Origin: Gemmiger formicilis
GTDB lineage: Bacteria; Bacillota_I; Bacilli_A; RFN20; CAG-826
Direction of reading: 5' to 3'
NCBI GenBank assembly: GCA_963626345.1
Contig: CAVFXI010000015.1
Coordinates: 12,485-76,484 of the forward strand
DNA: 64,000 nucleotides
Shown here: positions 30,027 through 40,715 of the stretch, one piece after another
How the letters are laid out: every line of letters begins with the position of its first letter
Position numbering within the stretch: the first letter of the stretch is position 1
The notes under the pieces: generated by a model
Told to the model about the DNA's origin: nothing
What the model saw: the letters and a program-made list of their open reading frames with translations, nothing else
The model's database searches: none
Translations under genes and position numbers: made by a program

Positions 30027-31644
30027 CTTTTATTGCTGCTTTTATAAATCCCAAAAACAATGGGTTTGGTTCAAGAGGTCTTGAAGTAAACTCGGGATGG
30101 AATTGCGAAGCAACAAAGAATGGATGATCCTTTAATTCAATGATTTCACATAATCCAGTTTGAGGATTTATACCACTAAATATTACACCATTATCTTTAA
30201 AATTTTCTATATAAAAATTGTTGAATTCGTATCTATGTCTATGTCTTTCTCTAATTTTAGTAGAATTATATAATTTTGCAGCTAATGAGCCTTCTAAAAG
30301 GTCGCAATCATATTCGCCAAGTCTCATTGTTCCACCAAGATTAATTCCTTTATATTGGTTTGGCAAATAATCTATAATTTTATAATTTGTTTTAGGATCA
30401 AATTCAGTTGAATTTGCATCTTCAAAATGTAAAACATCTCTTGCTATTTCAATTAAAGAAATTTGCATACCAAGACAAATTCCTAAATATGGGATTTTAT
30501 TTTCTCTAGCATATTTTGCACTTATAATCATACCTTCAATTCCATTGTTTCCAAAGCCGCCAGGAACAATAATTCCGTGTGCATCTTTTAATAACTCATG
30601 AACATTTTCAGGAGTGATTTTTTTACTATCTACCCAAATAATATTAATATTTTTATTACATGCATAACCTGCATGTCTTAAAGCTTCAACAACTGAAATA
30701 TAAGCATCATGAAGTTGGGTATATTTTCCAACAAGGGCTATATTTATAGACTCGGAAATATGTTGAACCTTATGAACAAACTTTCTCCAATCATCCATAT
30801 CAGCAACTGGTGCACAATCAAGTTTTAAATGATCAACGATTAAATCATCTAAATGTTGTTTTTCTAAATTCAAAGGTACTTCATAAATATATTTACAATC
30901 CTTAACATTAATAACTGCATTATCATTTACATTACAAAATAAAGCGACTTTTTGAATTGTTTCTTTATCTAAATTTTCAGTTGTTCTTAATAAAATAGCA
31001 TCTGGATTAATTCCAAGACCTGTAAGTTCTTTTACACTATGTTGAGTTGGTTTTGTTTTTGGCTCCATTGAAGTATATAAATATGGAACTAATGTATTAT
31101 GCATATAAAAAGTATTTTCATAACCAAGTTCACGTCTCATTTGTCTAATTGCTTCAAGGAATGGAAGCGACTCAATGTCGCCTACAGTCCCACCAATTTC
31201 ACATATGCACACATCAGTGTCAGGTTTGGCATCAAAAGCTTTTATAATCCTATCTTTAATTTCATTTGTGATATGAGGGATTATTTGTATGGTTTTTCCA
31301 AGATATTGACCTTTTCTTTCTTTTTCAATAACTGCACTATAAATCTTTCCACTAGTAACACTAGACTCTTTAGTTAAGGAACTATTAATCATTCTTTCGT
31401 AATGCCCTAAATCCAAATCAGTTTCTGCCCCATCTTTAGTTACAAAAACTTCACCATGTTGTAATGGTGACATTGTTCCTGGATCAACATTTAGATAAGG
31501 ATCCAACTTAATTGAAAATATATTCAATCCTCTTCTTTTTAAAAGACGTCCAATACTAGCAGCACTCACACCTTTTCCAAGACCACTAACAACGCCTCCC
31601 GTAACAAATATAAACTTTCTTTTCTTTTCTTGATTTTGTTCCAT
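30019..31644 (-). CDS. pyrG: CTP synthase
   Basis: 541 aa; synthetase domain (FVTGGVVSGLGKG) and glutamine amidotransferase domain (GICLGMQ). Confidence 0.95.
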   Translation of the reverse strand: MEQNQEKKRKFIFVTGGVVSGLGKGVSAASIGRLLKRRGLNIFSIKLDPYLNVDPGTMSPLQHGEVFVTKDGAETDLDLGHYERMINSSLTKESSVTSGKIYSAVIEKERKGQYLGKTIQIIPHITNEIKDRIIKAFDAKPDTDVCICEIGGTVGDIESLPFLEAIRQMRRELGYENTFYMHNTLVPYLYTSMEPKTKPTQHSVKELTGLGINPDAILLRTTENLDKETIQKVALFCNVNDNAVINVKDCKYIYEVPLNLEKQHLDDLIVDHLKLDCAPVADMDDWRKFVHKVQHISESINIALVGKYTQLHDAYISVVEALRHAGYACNKNINIIWVDSKKITPENVHELLKDAHGIIVPGGFGNNGIEGMIISAKYARENKIPYLGICLGMQISLIEIARDVLHFEDANSTEFDPKTNYKIIDYLPNQYKGINLGGTMRLGEYDCDLLEGSLAAKLYNSTKIRERHRHRYEFNNFYIENFKDNGVIFSGINPQTGLCEIIELKDHPFFVASQFHPEFTSRPLEPNPLFLGFIKAAIKDE

Positions 31645-31720
31645 AAATAAAACCCAACAATTCCCTTCTTATTATTTCTTATTTCTTTTTGGGGTGCCCT
31701 TATAATCATATAATAAAAAC
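31645..31720 (-). promoter_or_regulatory. candidate pyrG leader/attenuator: transcript likely starts GGGC, with a terminator-like CCCAA/UUGGG hairpin plus U-run before the ATG
   Basis: Minus strand reads TTATAAGGGCACCCCAAAAAG...GGGAATTGTTGGGTTTTATTT ATG. GGGC directly follows a -10-like TTATAAG, as in the Bacillus pyrG reiterative-transcription attenuator. Confidence 0.35.
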
Positions 31721-31771
31721 GCGATTTTATGAACTTGAAAATCACGTTTTAAATTAATTTTTTATTAAAGT
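31721..31771 (-). terminator. intrinsic terminator after the ROK kinase gene
   Basis: Minus strand reads ACGTGATTTTCAAGTTCATAAAATCGCGT followed by TTTT. Confidence 0.5.
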
Positions 31772-32731
31772 TTATTTGTTAATAAATGCAAGTGTAGCAG
31801 CACCAATAATTCCTGCATCGTTTTTAAGTTCTGCAATTAACACTTCAACCCTTGGGGTTTCGTGATATCCATACCATCTATCCTCTAAATATTTTTGGAC
31901 TTTATCCTTAAGATAATCTTTTTGATTACTTACTCCACCACCTAATACAATGGCTTGTGGCCTAAAAATATTGCAAATATTGAGTAAACCTTCACCTAAA
32001 TATTTAATATATAAATCAACTACTTTATTAGCGGCTTTGTCGCCTTTTTTTGCACATTCAAAACTTGTAAGACCATTGACATTTTCAATCTTGTTATCAC
32101 AATATTCCCACATTAACGAATCTTTGTTTTTTTGCATTATTTCCTTAGTGTAACGAAGTAAGGCGCTTGCGCTAGCATAAGCTTCAAAGCATCCATGTCT
32201 CCCGCATCCACATTCTTCACCATCAACAACAATAACTGAGTGTCCAATTTCTGCACCTTTTCCTTCATACCCTTCAAAAAGTTTGTTATCAATGACAATT
32301 CCACCACCAATACCAGTTCCTAAAGTTACCATGACAACATCATTATAACCACGAGCGACTCCCCATCTTTGTTCGGCTAATGCTGCAACATTTGCATCGT
32401 TACTAACAAAAATTGGAAGATTAAGATCTTTTAGATATTCTTTTAAAGGCACGTTGTACAAATTCAAATTACATGCGTAATCAATGGTTCCAAGTCTATT
32501 ATTTACAACGCCTGGAACACCAAAACCTATACCACCTATTACATAATTATTTTTATTTGCAAAATCTAAAAGATCAGTCAGTAATCCTTTAATATCTTTT
32601 AAAAATGGCTCAGCACCATTTTTTGAATTTGTTTTTACACTATTTTTTTGAATAATTTTTCCATTTAAATCGACAATTCCTGCCTTTATTGACATTCCGC
32701 CAATATCAACACCAATATATGCTTGTTCCAT
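31772..32731 (-). CDS. ROK-family glucokinase
   Basis: GVDIGGMSIKAG ATPase N-terminus and zinc motif CGCGRHGC. Confidence 0.8.
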   Translation of the reverse strand: MEQAYIGVDIGGMSIKAGIVDLNGKIIQKNSVKTNSKNGAEPFLKDIKGLLTDLLDFANKNNYVIGGIGFGVPGVVNNRLGTIDYACNLNLYNVPLKEYLKDLNLPIFVSNDANVAALAEQRWGVARGYNDVVMVTLGTGIGGGIVIDNKLFEGYEGKGAEIGHSVIVVDGEECGCGRHGCFEAYASASALLRYTKEIMQKNKDSLMWEYCDNKIENVNGLTSFECAKKGDKAANKVVDLYIKYLGEGLLNICNIFRPQAIVLGGGVSNQKDYLKDKVQKYLEDRWYGYHETPRVEVLIAELKNDAGIIGAATLAFINK

Positions 32732-32827
32732 ATCACACCTCTCTTAATATTATATTTTTAATCGCTTATTTTTTAAAGTTTCATATGTGATTTTTTAAGT
32801 ATCATATATGCACTTTCATAAAAAACA

Positions 32828-33298
32828 CTATCGGTAATTGCGTGAATTATGTTTTTTGTCTTCTTCAAGATTCTTTCTGATTTTTGCTATTGAATAATAA
32901 CCAATTATATAAAAACTAGCGCAAATCAATACTATAAAGAAATTCGCCCAGTTAAACCAATTTAAAGAACTTAAATTGCCGCCTTTTGTAACTCCATAAA
33001 TTAATAACCCAAATATAAAAATATTAGCAGCAGCTATAATGCCAAGTAAAATTGAGAAAACCATTGCGAAAATATTAATAAATTCGCCTTCTTTTTTAAT
33101 ATACAAAATTGCTGCAGAACAACACAACACTTCGATAATCGCAGTAACAATAGTAAAAACCCCTCCGAACATTTCTGCTTGCTCTAGTTTTCCACTCGAA
33201 AACAAAACTGATTGATAAATTATTCCAACAACACCCCAAACCATAAAAACAAAAGAGCTAGTAAGCAAAAATATCTTAGCTAATTTTTCATTTCTCAT
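32828..33298 (-). CDS. hypothetical membrane protein (4 TM)
   Basis: Hydrophobic ORF overlapping the 3' end of the upstream transporter gene by 11 nt. Confidence 0.4.
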   Translation of the reverse strand: MRNEKLAKIFLLTSSFVFMVWGVVGIIYQSVLFSSGKLEQAEMFGGVFTIVTAIIEVLCCSAAILYIKKEGEFINIFAMVFSILLGIIAAANIFIFGLLIYGVTKGGNLSSLNWFNWANFFIVLICASFYIIGYYSIAKIRKNLEEDKKHNSRNYR

Positions 33299-34832
33299 TT
33301 TCTATCTTCCTTTCCTCAATAACTTTTAATATTTTATCGTATTCTTTTTCGTCTAATTTAAAAAATTTATAATAAACAAATAAAATTATCCACATAAGAA
33401 TCATTGGAATTAAATAAACCAAAATTTTATAAACCATCAATTTTGGATCAAAATCTGAAGATGTAATTGTTTGAGTAATTAATTTATTAACATTTCCAAC
33501 AACATCATACGTGCTATCTAAAACACCTTTTGCCTCTTCATTTCCTATAGCTTTATTTAAATTAAGTAATCCACTTGCAAATAAAAATAAATAAAATAAT
33601 AAAGTTTGAATACCACCACTAAATTTACCAAAGACCGATCTAATGCCGTTATAATCTTTATCTCTTCTTTCGCCACAAATATATTCGTTATATTCAATTG
33701 ATAAATTATTAATCATTAAAATTATTGAATTCACTTGCCCTTGGAATAATAAAAGAATAAATATCCCTATAAATAATAAATAAACATTTGCTCTCATGCT
33801 TAAAAAGAAATAAATGAGTAAATACATAATTGTGAGACCAATTATAGAAACAGTTAGAATTTGTTTTCTAGTAAATTTCTTATTTATTAATGGATATAAA
33901 AGTTGTGATAATGTGCTTGAAAAACCATATATGATTGTAAAAATAAAATATACTCCAGTAAATCCACCACTACTCAATAAACTTCCATAAATACTTTCAT
34001 TACCATACCCATATGTAAAATAAAAAAGATTAACACTTGTGCCCATCAAAATAAATTGAGCTGCAAAAAAACACATCAAAATAAATAATGCAGGTCTAGC
34101 ATATTTATTATTCTTAATTATCTTAAAACAATCTGTGTAGTGACTTTCATAATTAATATTTATTGGTTTTTCTTTCATTACAATAATTAATAAGAGACTT
34201 GATAAAACAAATAAAATAGCAATTATAAAAGCAATTAACCTTATCGCAAATGAAGCATGACCACCACTTATTGCAGGAGTAATGCTAATAAGTACATATG
34301 CGCCTATTGCAACACAACCACTACTAATAGCTGCAAATTTTGCCCTTGTTTTTTCAATGCTTGTCATAGTTGAGAAAAATCCCCAATAACCCATATCATT
34401 CCATGAGAAAAATATCTCAAATAAAGCATATTCGATTAAAAAAGTAATAACAAAAGCCCATCCTTCTAAATTATTTACAAACATTAATAAAAAGAAAACC
34501 ATGCTAAATAAACTGCCATAAAATATCCATGGCCTAAAATTACCAGGTATTAGTTTTGGCTTTAAAATGTTTGATAAATGAGCCATCAAAGGAACAGCAA
34601 AAAATAAAACAATTGTTTTTATAAAAATCAAACCAAACGTTATAACCGAGAAATATATTCCATAATTTCGATCTAACGGCAAATTGGTGCCATATTGAAC
34701 AAAAAGTAATAAAAATAAAGATATAAATTGAAAAATAGTATCTTTAAAAGCGCCTACAGCACAAAAAGTAACCCAAGTTGATTTTGGGGCGGTTTCTCCA
34801 TTGAAAGTTCGGTTTTTTATATTAATTAACAC
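33288..34832 (-). CDS. MFS/GPH-family glycoside-cation symporter-like transporter
   Basis: 514 aa, about 12 TM; weak resemblance to GPH (MelB-type) transporters. Confidence 0.5.
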   Translation of the reverse strand: MLINIKNRTFNGETAPKSTWVTFCAVGAFKDTIFQFISLFLLLFVQYGTNLPLDRNYGIYFSVITFGLIFIKTIVLFFAVPLMAHLSNILKPKLIPGNFRPWIFYGSLFSMVFFLLMFVNNLEGWAFVITFLIEYALFEIFFSWNDMGYWGFFSTMTSIEKTRAKFAAISSGCVAIGAYVLISITPAISGGHASFAIRLIAFIIAILFVLSSLLLIIVMKEKPININYESHYTDCFKIIKNNKYARPALFILMCFFAAQFILMGTSVNLFYFTYGYGNESIYGSLLSSGGFTGVYFIFTIIYGFSSTLSQLLYPLINKKFTRKQILTVSIIGLTIMYLLIYFFLSMRANVYLLFIGIFILLLFQGQVNSIILMINNLSIEYNEYICGERRDKDYNGIRSVFGKFSGGIQTLLFYLFLFASGLLNLNKAIGNEEAKGVLDSTYDVVGNVNKLITQTITSSDFDPKLMVYKILVYLIPMILMWIILFVYYKFFKLDEKEYDKILKVIEERKIENEK

Positions 34833-34867
34833 ATAATAATTATATAAAAATAGGCTTTAAATTACAC

Positions 34868-35464
34868 TTATATTAATGCGCTAACCAAAAATTTAATTGC
34901 CAAAGCAATAAAAATAATCCCAGAAATATATGGGGCATATTTTGAAACTTTATCCCCAACTTTTCTCCCTAAAATAATCATTGTTAATGTTAAACCAAAT
35001 GTAATGATAGCAATTATTCCAAATGTAAAAAATGAATAGGCATTGTTATTATAAGAAATAAAAGTAAATCCAACCGTAAAAGCATCAATTGAAGTTGCAA
35101 CACTTTGGACTAATATTTCAGTAATCTTAAGTTTTCTTGTTTCTTCTTCAACTTCTTTGCCTTCCTCTTTATTTTTCTTTATTTTTCGTTGTTCAATAAT
35201 AGCTTCAATTATTGCTTTAAGTCCCAAAATTAAAAGAATCGCAAATGAAATATATGGGATTAATTTAGTTATATACCCTTCAACTAAAGTTCCTAGCAAA
35301 TACCCAAGTAAAGGCATTAATCCTTGCATGAAACCAAACAAAATAGCAATGAAAAACATCTTCCATTTCTTCATTCCTGTTTCAAGTATTCCGTCACTAA
35401 TGCCAACACACATACAATCGACAGCCATTGCTATCCCCAAAAAGACACTATAAATATAATTCAT
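34868..35464 (-). CDS. mntP: manganese efflux pump MntP (DUF204 family)
   Basis: 198 aa, two DUF204 repeats; GIAMAVDCMCVGISDG and SIDAFTVGFTF motifs. Confidence 0.8.
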   Translation of the reverse strand: MNYIYSVFLGIAMAVDCMCVGISDGILETGMKKWKMFFIAILFGFMQGLMPLLGYLLGTLVEGYITKLIPYISFAILLILGLKAIIEAIIEQRKIKKNKEEGKEVEEETRKLKITEILVQSVATSIDAFTVGFTFISYNNNAYSFFTFGIIAIITFGLTLTMIILGRKVGDKVSKYAPYISGIIFIALAIKFLVSALI

Positions 35465-35588
35465 AAATCCTATTCATTCACACACTAATTTTAACCTTAT
35501 TATTATATTAAATTGTACTCTGTATATATACACTTTATTGAATTAAAATTATAAAATTATTAAAGTTTAATTGAGTGAGGTGCTTACA

Positions 35589-36830
35589 ATGAATAATTAC
35601 GAAAATATTAAAAAAGAAGATTTAGAAGTATTTAATGCTTTAGAAGAAGAAAAAAATAGACAAAAAAATAATATTGAACTTATTGCCAGTGAAAACTTTG
35701 TTTCAAATGCGGTTTTAGAGGCTTGCGGATCAATAATGACGAATAAATATGCGGAAGGATATCCCGGAAAAAGATATTATGGAGGCTGTGAATTTGTTGA
35801 TGAAGTAGAAAAATTAGCACAAGAAAGACTTTGTAAATTATTCAATTGTAAATATGCAAATGTTCAACCACATAGCGGTTCTCAAGCAAATATGGCAGTT
35901 TATAGATCATTGCTTAATAAAGGTGATAAAGTTTTAGGTATGAGTTTAGATGCTGGAGGGCACTTAACTCACGGTTATAAATTATCTTTTTCAGGTCAAG
36001 ATTACGAAACAATTGCTTATGGTCTTGACCCAGAAACTGAAATGCTTAACTATGATGATATTGAAAAAATAGCCATAAAAGAAAAGCCACGTATGATAAT
36101 TGCAGGAGCTAGTGCATATCCTAGACAAATTGACTTTAAAAGATTTAAAGAAATTGCTGATAAAGTTGGCGCATACTTATTTGTAGATATGGCTCATATT
36201 GCTGGTTTGGTTGCTGCAGGTTTACATCAAAATCCATGTCTATATGCTGATGTTGTAACCTCCACTACACATAAAACACTTAGAGGCCCAAGAGGTGGAA
36301 TCATTCTCACAAATAATGAAGAAATTTTCAAAAAAATAAATAAGACAGTTTTCCCAGGAACACAAGGCGGTCCTTTAATGCACATTATCGCCGCTAAAGC
36401 AGTAGCTTTTAAAGAAGATTTAACCGATGACTTTAAAGAATATCAAAAGCATGTTATTGAAAATGCAAAAGCAATGTCTGATGAACTAAAAAAATTGGGT
36501 TATCATATCGTGAGTAATGGCACTGATAATCATTTACTATTGGTTGATGTTTATAAAACTAGTGGCATCACTGGAAAAGAAGCTGAAACAAAATTACATA
36601 ATGTAAACATAACTTGTAATAAAAATTCTATTCCAAACGATACTTTACCACCAATGATTTCTAGTGGTATTAGACTCGGAAGTCCAGCCATGACTTCTCG
36701 TGGTTTTACTAAAGAAGATTTTATTAAAGTTGCTCAATTAATCGATGCTTGTTTAACAAATAAAATGTCAGAAGAAGATATTAAAAAAGAGGTTTTTGCA
36801 TTATGTAATGCTCACCCTCTTTGGTATTAA
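35589..36830 (+). CDS. glyA: serine hydroxymethyltransferase
   Basis: PLP motif [15 protein letters not shown]. Start at the ATG with a GAGTGAGGTG SD; the ORF track begins at an upstream TTG. Confidence 0.95.
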   Translation: MNNYENIKKEDLEVFNALEEEKNRQKNNIELIASENFVSNAVLEACGSIMTNKYAEGYPGKRYYGGCEFVDEVEKLAQERLCKLFNCKYANVQPHSGSQANMAVYRSLLNKGDKVLGMSLDAGGHLTHGYKLSFSGQDYETIAYGLDPETEMLNYDDIEKIAIKEKPRMIIAGASAYPRQIDFKRFKEIADKVGAYLFVDMAHIAGLVAAGLHQNPCLYADVVTSTTHKTLRGPRGGIILTNNEEIFKKINKTVFPGTQGGPLMHIIAAKAVAFKEDLTDDFKEYQKHVIENAKAMSDELKKLGYHIVSNGTDNHLLLVDVYKTSGITGKEAETKLHNVNITCNKNSIPNDTLPPMISSGIRLGSPAMTSRGFTKEDFIKVAQLIDACLTNKMSEEDIKKEVFALCNAHPLWY

Positions 36831-37771
36831 TTATTTTTGATTCCTTCAAATTTTGAATAGATTGAATCTAGCTCACATTTAGTTAAAATATTTGCTAATG
36901 ATCCTTTTTTAGTAGTTGAATATGCTCCGCAAATATTTGCTTTTTTAAGTGCATTTCTAATAATTAATTCATTATTAAAGAACTTATCATATCCAATTTG
37001 GTCTATCTCATTTAATATACATCCATAAAAAGCATCGCCAGCTCCTGTAGTATCAACTGCATCGACTTTAATCGATGGTTCTTTATAAAATGTATTATTA
37101 CAATATAGAAAAGAACCTTCAGCGCCTAATGTAACGAATACTTTTTGGTTTGGATTTACTAGACTTTTCAGACCTCTATAAATATCCTTTGTTCCACTAA
37201 AAATCTCAATTTCTTCACTAGACATCTTAATAATATCAGCCTTGCTTAAGATTTTTGAGTATGTAGAAATAGCTTCCGCAGTCGTTTCAAATAATTCAGA
37301 TCTAAAATTAACATCAATACTAATAACCTTTTTCGCTCTTTTTGCCTTCCTAATAAGTTTATAGGTGTATTTTAACCCGGCAGTTTCAGAGAATAATAAA
37401 GAGCCAATATGAACAATATTTGCATCATAAATTAAGTTAATTGTCTTAAAAGGAATGTTATAATCTGCGCCATTTTTTCTAGCAAATGTGAAAGTCCTTT
37501 CGCCATTTCTTGAATTAGTAACAAAAGACATTGATGTATTTCTTTTTTTATCAATGGAAATATATTTAGTTGGTAATTTTGATTCATTAACAAAATCTAT
37601 TATTTGCTTTCCAAGTATATCGTCACCTACATTTCCAACAAAAACAACATTTCCTCCAAGTTTATTTACTATGTAGGAAACATTTAAAGGAGCCCCACCA
37701 ACACAAAATTTATATTCACCAGGTTCAACTTCAATTAAATCAGCAATTACTTCTCCACATGAAAAAATCAT
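36827..37771 (-). CDS. PfkB-family carbohydrate kinase (fructokinase/ketodeoxygluconate kinase-like)
   Basis: GG motif near the N-terminus (VGGAPLNV) and the C-terminal DTTGAGDAF anion-hole motif. Confidence 0.8.
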   Translation of the reverse strand: MIFSCGEVIADLIEVEPGEYKFCVGGAPLNVSYIVNKLGGNVVFVGNVGDDILGKQIIDFVNESKLPTKYISIDKKRNTSMSFVTNSRNGERTFTFARKNGADYNIPFKTINLIYDANIVHIGSLLFSETAGLKYTYKLIRKAKRAKKVISIDVNFRSELFETTAEAISTYSKILSKADIIKMSSEEIEIFSGTKDIYRGLKSLVNPNQKVFVTLGAEGSFLYCNNTFYKEPSIKVDAVDTTGAGDAFYGCILNEIDQIGYDKFFNNELIIRNALKKANICGAYSTTKKGSLANILTKCELDSIYSKFEGIKNN

Positions 37772-37783
37772 AATAAATACCCA

Positions 37784-37924
37784 TTATTTTTTATTTTTAT
37801 ATTTCTTGCTCAACAATACAAAAGTTATTGTAATAACAATTGCTCCTCCAAGAAAAACAACTAACACCCATAACCATAATGGTTTTGGATTAATATTTTC
37901 AGCTAATAAACTTAAAAAATTCAT
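37784..37924 (-). CDS. possible 46-aa single-TM peptide (MNFLSLLAENINPKPLWLWVLVVFLGGAIVITITFVLLSKKYKNKK)
   Basis: Hand-translated small ORF below the ORF-track size cutoff. Its stop is 13 nt before the pfkB-like start; no SD. Confidence 0.25.
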   Translation of the reverse strand: MNFLSLLAENINPKPLWLWVLVVFLGGAIVITITFVLLSKKYKNKK

Positions 37925-37942
37925 ATCAATACCTTTTCCAAA

Positions 37943-38572
37943 TCATTTATTTTTCTGTTTTTTCTCAGAAGCCCTTTTCACATAATCACCGAGATATGGA
38001 AATATAACAATCAATAAACTAAATAAAAAGGCAATCCAGAAAACAAATACTGGTTCATAAGATTTAAAGAAAAAATAAAAAGAAGCTGAAAGAGACCAAA
38101 AGAATAACAAAAGCAAAGTTCTGCTATATTTAAGTCTTCCAGTAATCAAATTTATTATAAAAATAGTTAATGGAATAAACGGAATTATAAATAATAATCC
38201 TGCATATTTTTCAACAGAATCGTAAATTGAACGGACGCTTAATAAGGAAACTTCTAAAATGATAATTATCGTAATAAAAATAATTAAAATAAAAATTATT
38301 TTGATCCAAATTTCTCTTTTTTTGATTGCTGCATCTAATATCTTTTCATCCACATCTTTAAAATCATGTTCTTCAAATAAATATTCAATTGGAACACCAA
38401 AAAAATCTGCAATTTCTTTTAACATTTCCGCATCAGGAAGAGAATCCCCTCTTTCCCATTTAGAAATAGCTTTATTACTATAATGCAATTTATCTGCCAA
38501 CTCGCTTTGAGTTAGCTTTTTACCTTTTCTTAAATAGGTAATATTTTTTGCAATAATTTCCTTTGTGCTCAT
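37943..38572 (-). CDS. membrane-anchored XRE-family HTH regulator
   Basis: N-terminal HTH_3 (LTQSELADKLHYSNKAISKWERG) followed by three hydrophobic helices. Confidence 0.7.
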   Translation of the reverse strand: MSTKEIIAKNITYLRKGKKLTQSELADKLHYSNKAISKWERGDSLPDAEMLKEIADFFGVPIEYLFEEHDFKDVDEKILDAAIKKREIWIKIIFILIIFITIIIILEVSLLSVRSIYDSVEKYAGLLFIIPFIPLTIFIINLITGRLKYSRTLLLLFFWSLSASFYFFFKSYEPVFVFWIAFLFSLLIVIFPYLGDYVKRASEKKQKNK

Positions 38573-38653
38573 ACATAAATATTAATTCAAAACAAATAAA
38601 AAAGCGACCATCAATTTAATGTGGTCGCCTTTTGAAAAAGAGAAAAAATTTTC

Positions 38654-39283
38654 TTATTTAGATTCTGGTTTATCTTCAATATCACCAACAACTTGTGAAT
38701 CAACAAAATTGTTGAATTTTTTTGCATGGTGAACAACATATAAAGCAAAACAAAGTTGAACAACCCCAGCCATTATTAAAATAATGCCAACCAAAACAAA
38801 TAATACTGAAACAACATTATTTCCAGCTCCACTATAATAAACACCAAGAACAGTTGAACCTAATGCTGAACCAATAATACCGAACACCAATTGCAAAACT
38901 TGGATTGTTGAACACCCTAAGACTATAAATCCCTTTAATGCTCTTACAATCAAAATTATGCCAAACCCAATTAAACTAACACCAATAATCAATGGCAAAA
39001 GTTCAACTAAAAGCAATGGGTCAACAAATAATAAAATTGATAAAACAACCAAAATTAAACCGCTTAAAAAATCGCCACTCAATAAAGGTGCACTAAATGT
39101 AATAGATGCGACAACAAGTAAGATGCCGTTCATCATAAAATAAACACCGACCATGTAGCCAATAAATGCATATAAATTAGCGTTGTTATTAAAACAAATA
39201 ATTAATATACCAAGAATAATTAATAATGCTGCTTCAATATATACGGTCCATTTCCATCTCCCAAAAATTTCTTTCATTTTCAT
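38654..39283 (-). CDS. DUF308/HdeD-like multi-pass membrane protein
   Basis: 212 aa, about 6 TM, Gly/Leu-rich helices. Start moved to the ATG after the GGAGG SD. Confidence 0.55.
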   Translation of the reverse strand: MKMKEIFGRWKWTVYIEAALLIILGILIICFNNNANLYAFIGYMVGVYFMMNGILLVVASITFSAPLLSGDFLSGLILVVLSILLFVDPLLLVELLPLIIGVSLIGFGIILIVRALKGFIVLGCSTIQVLQLVFGIIGSALGSTVLGVYYSGAGNNVVSVLFVLVGIILIMAGVVQLCFALYVVHHAKKFNNFVDSQVVGDIEDKPESK

Positions 39284-39371
39284 AACCTCCAACTCTTATT
39301 ATAAGATAATATTTTTTTAATTAAATCTATAAAGAGTAGATTTTTTTGATTTTTTTATTTATATAAATAAC

Positions 39372-40715
39372 TCACTCTAATGATTCAACAGCTTTTAAGA
39401 TTTTAAAATCAGTAATTTTCTTCTTTAATTTCTCAAGTGTTTTGTCTTGAATCTTTCTACATTCATCAATTATATCGTTTGCAGATGATTGAATTGTTTG
39501 AGCTTTCTTTAACATATCTTCAATCGATTTATTAAGCGAAGAAAAAGACTTAACCAAAATTTCTTCTTTAAAATCTTCAAACATTTTTATAGCTTCTTCT
39601 TTATTTATTAAATCTTTTCTCTCGGTGGTAATATAGCTTGCATATTTCACAGAAAGCGATGCAAGCAAACTTAAAAAAGTCATAAAATATTCAGGTCTAA
39701 CAACATACATTTTGTCGTATTCGCTTACTCTAAAAACTGGCGCATCATTAACAGCCCTGTCTCTTTCAAGATTACTTACCAAAATAGCATAATCGCATTT
39801 CTTTTTTCTTCGATCAGTATCAAGTTTCTTATAGTGTTCACTATTTTTATTTTTTGAAGTACTATTTGGATTCTTATCTTTCATATCTAAAAGAACAGAT
39901 GTTAAAAGGGTATTCTCTTTTTTAGAAGAATCTGCATAAACTTTAAAAATAAAATCGCCTTTGGTTTTCTTTGAATCAAGTTCATCTTCAACCGCAATAT
40001 TGTCTTTAATCCATTCGCAATTTTCAAATCCATATATTGCATGCTCTTGATATTGGTTGTCACACCATTGCTCTAAGTTTTCGCCAAGATCTTTAATTCC
40101 AACCATTGATTTTGCAAAAGTTAATGAATTGTTTTGGGCTTCAAGTTCTTTAATTTTTGCATTCATTTCTTTTTCTTTATTTTGAACTGCTTCACTTACT
40201 TTAATATCGACTTTACTTAGTTCCAATTTTAAATTACTTATTTCTTCATCTTTAATTTGTTTAACTTTATCAATTTCTTTCATCTTTTCGACTTCATACT
40301 TTGATTCAATAAGTTTTTTGTCGTTTTCAAGAGTAGAAATTTTATTTTCGTAAGAATTTTTGATTTGTTCTTTTGCAAGCCTTAAATCACTATCTTTTAT
40401 GCTATTCATTTTTTCAATTTCGGAATTTAATTGATTAATTTTGTCTATTAATTTTTGCTTATCTTCGTTATTTTCGCTTTCACACTCTAATTTGATTTTT
40501 TGAATTTCTAAAGTGTGCTTCTCATTTTGCGCTTTTAATTCCTTTTCAAGCATTGAACGAAATTCAATCTCTTTTTCTTTATTTATTAAATTTTGAAGAA
40601 AAGAAACATCTACTTTATTTAATGTTGCCAAATCGATAATGTCACCTTTTTTCGCATCTTCTAATAATTCAATTTCAGTAGAATTGTTTACTTTAATTTT
40701 ATCGTTTATGTTCAT
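39372..40715 (-). CDS. coiled-coil protein with a C-terminal PD-(D/E)xK-type nuclease-like domain (RmuC/DUF2130-like); third gene of the XRE-ImmA operon
   Basis: About 200 aa of Lys/Glu heptad-rich coiled coil. Then GIKDLGENLEQW...KGDFIFKVYAD...VLLDMKDK...CDYAILVS, with the D...(D/E)xK spacing seen in RmuC/DUF2130 proteins. 4-nt start/stop overlap with the ImmA gene. Confidence 0.5.
   Translation of the reverse strand: MNINDKIKVNNSTEIELLEDAKKGDIIDLATLNKVDVSFLQNLINKEKEIEFRSMLEKELKAQNEKHTLEIQKIKLECESENNEDKQKLIDKINQLNSEIEKMNSIKDSDLRLAKEQIKNSYENKISTLENDKKLIESKYEVEKMKEIDKVKQIKDEEISNLKLELSKVDIKVSEAVQNKEKEMNAKIKELEAQNNSLTFAKSMVGIKDLGENLEQWCDNQYQEHAIYGFENCEWIKDNIAVEDELDSKKTKGDFIFKVYADSSKKENTLLTSVLLDMKDKNPNSTSKNKNSEHYKKLDTDRRKKKCDYAILVSNLERDRAVNDAPVFRVSEYDKMYVVRPEYFMTFLSLLASLSVKYASYITTERKDLINKEEAIKMFEDFKEEILVKSFSSLNKSIEDMLKKAQTIQSSANDIIDECRKIQDKTLEKLKKKITDFKILKAVESLE

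Noticed and set aside
35465-35588. Looked for a yybP-ykoY Mn riboswitch upstream of mntP and a T-box or ZTP element upstream of glyA
   Set aside because: The shared divergent spacer is almost pure A/T with no conserved GC-rich helices
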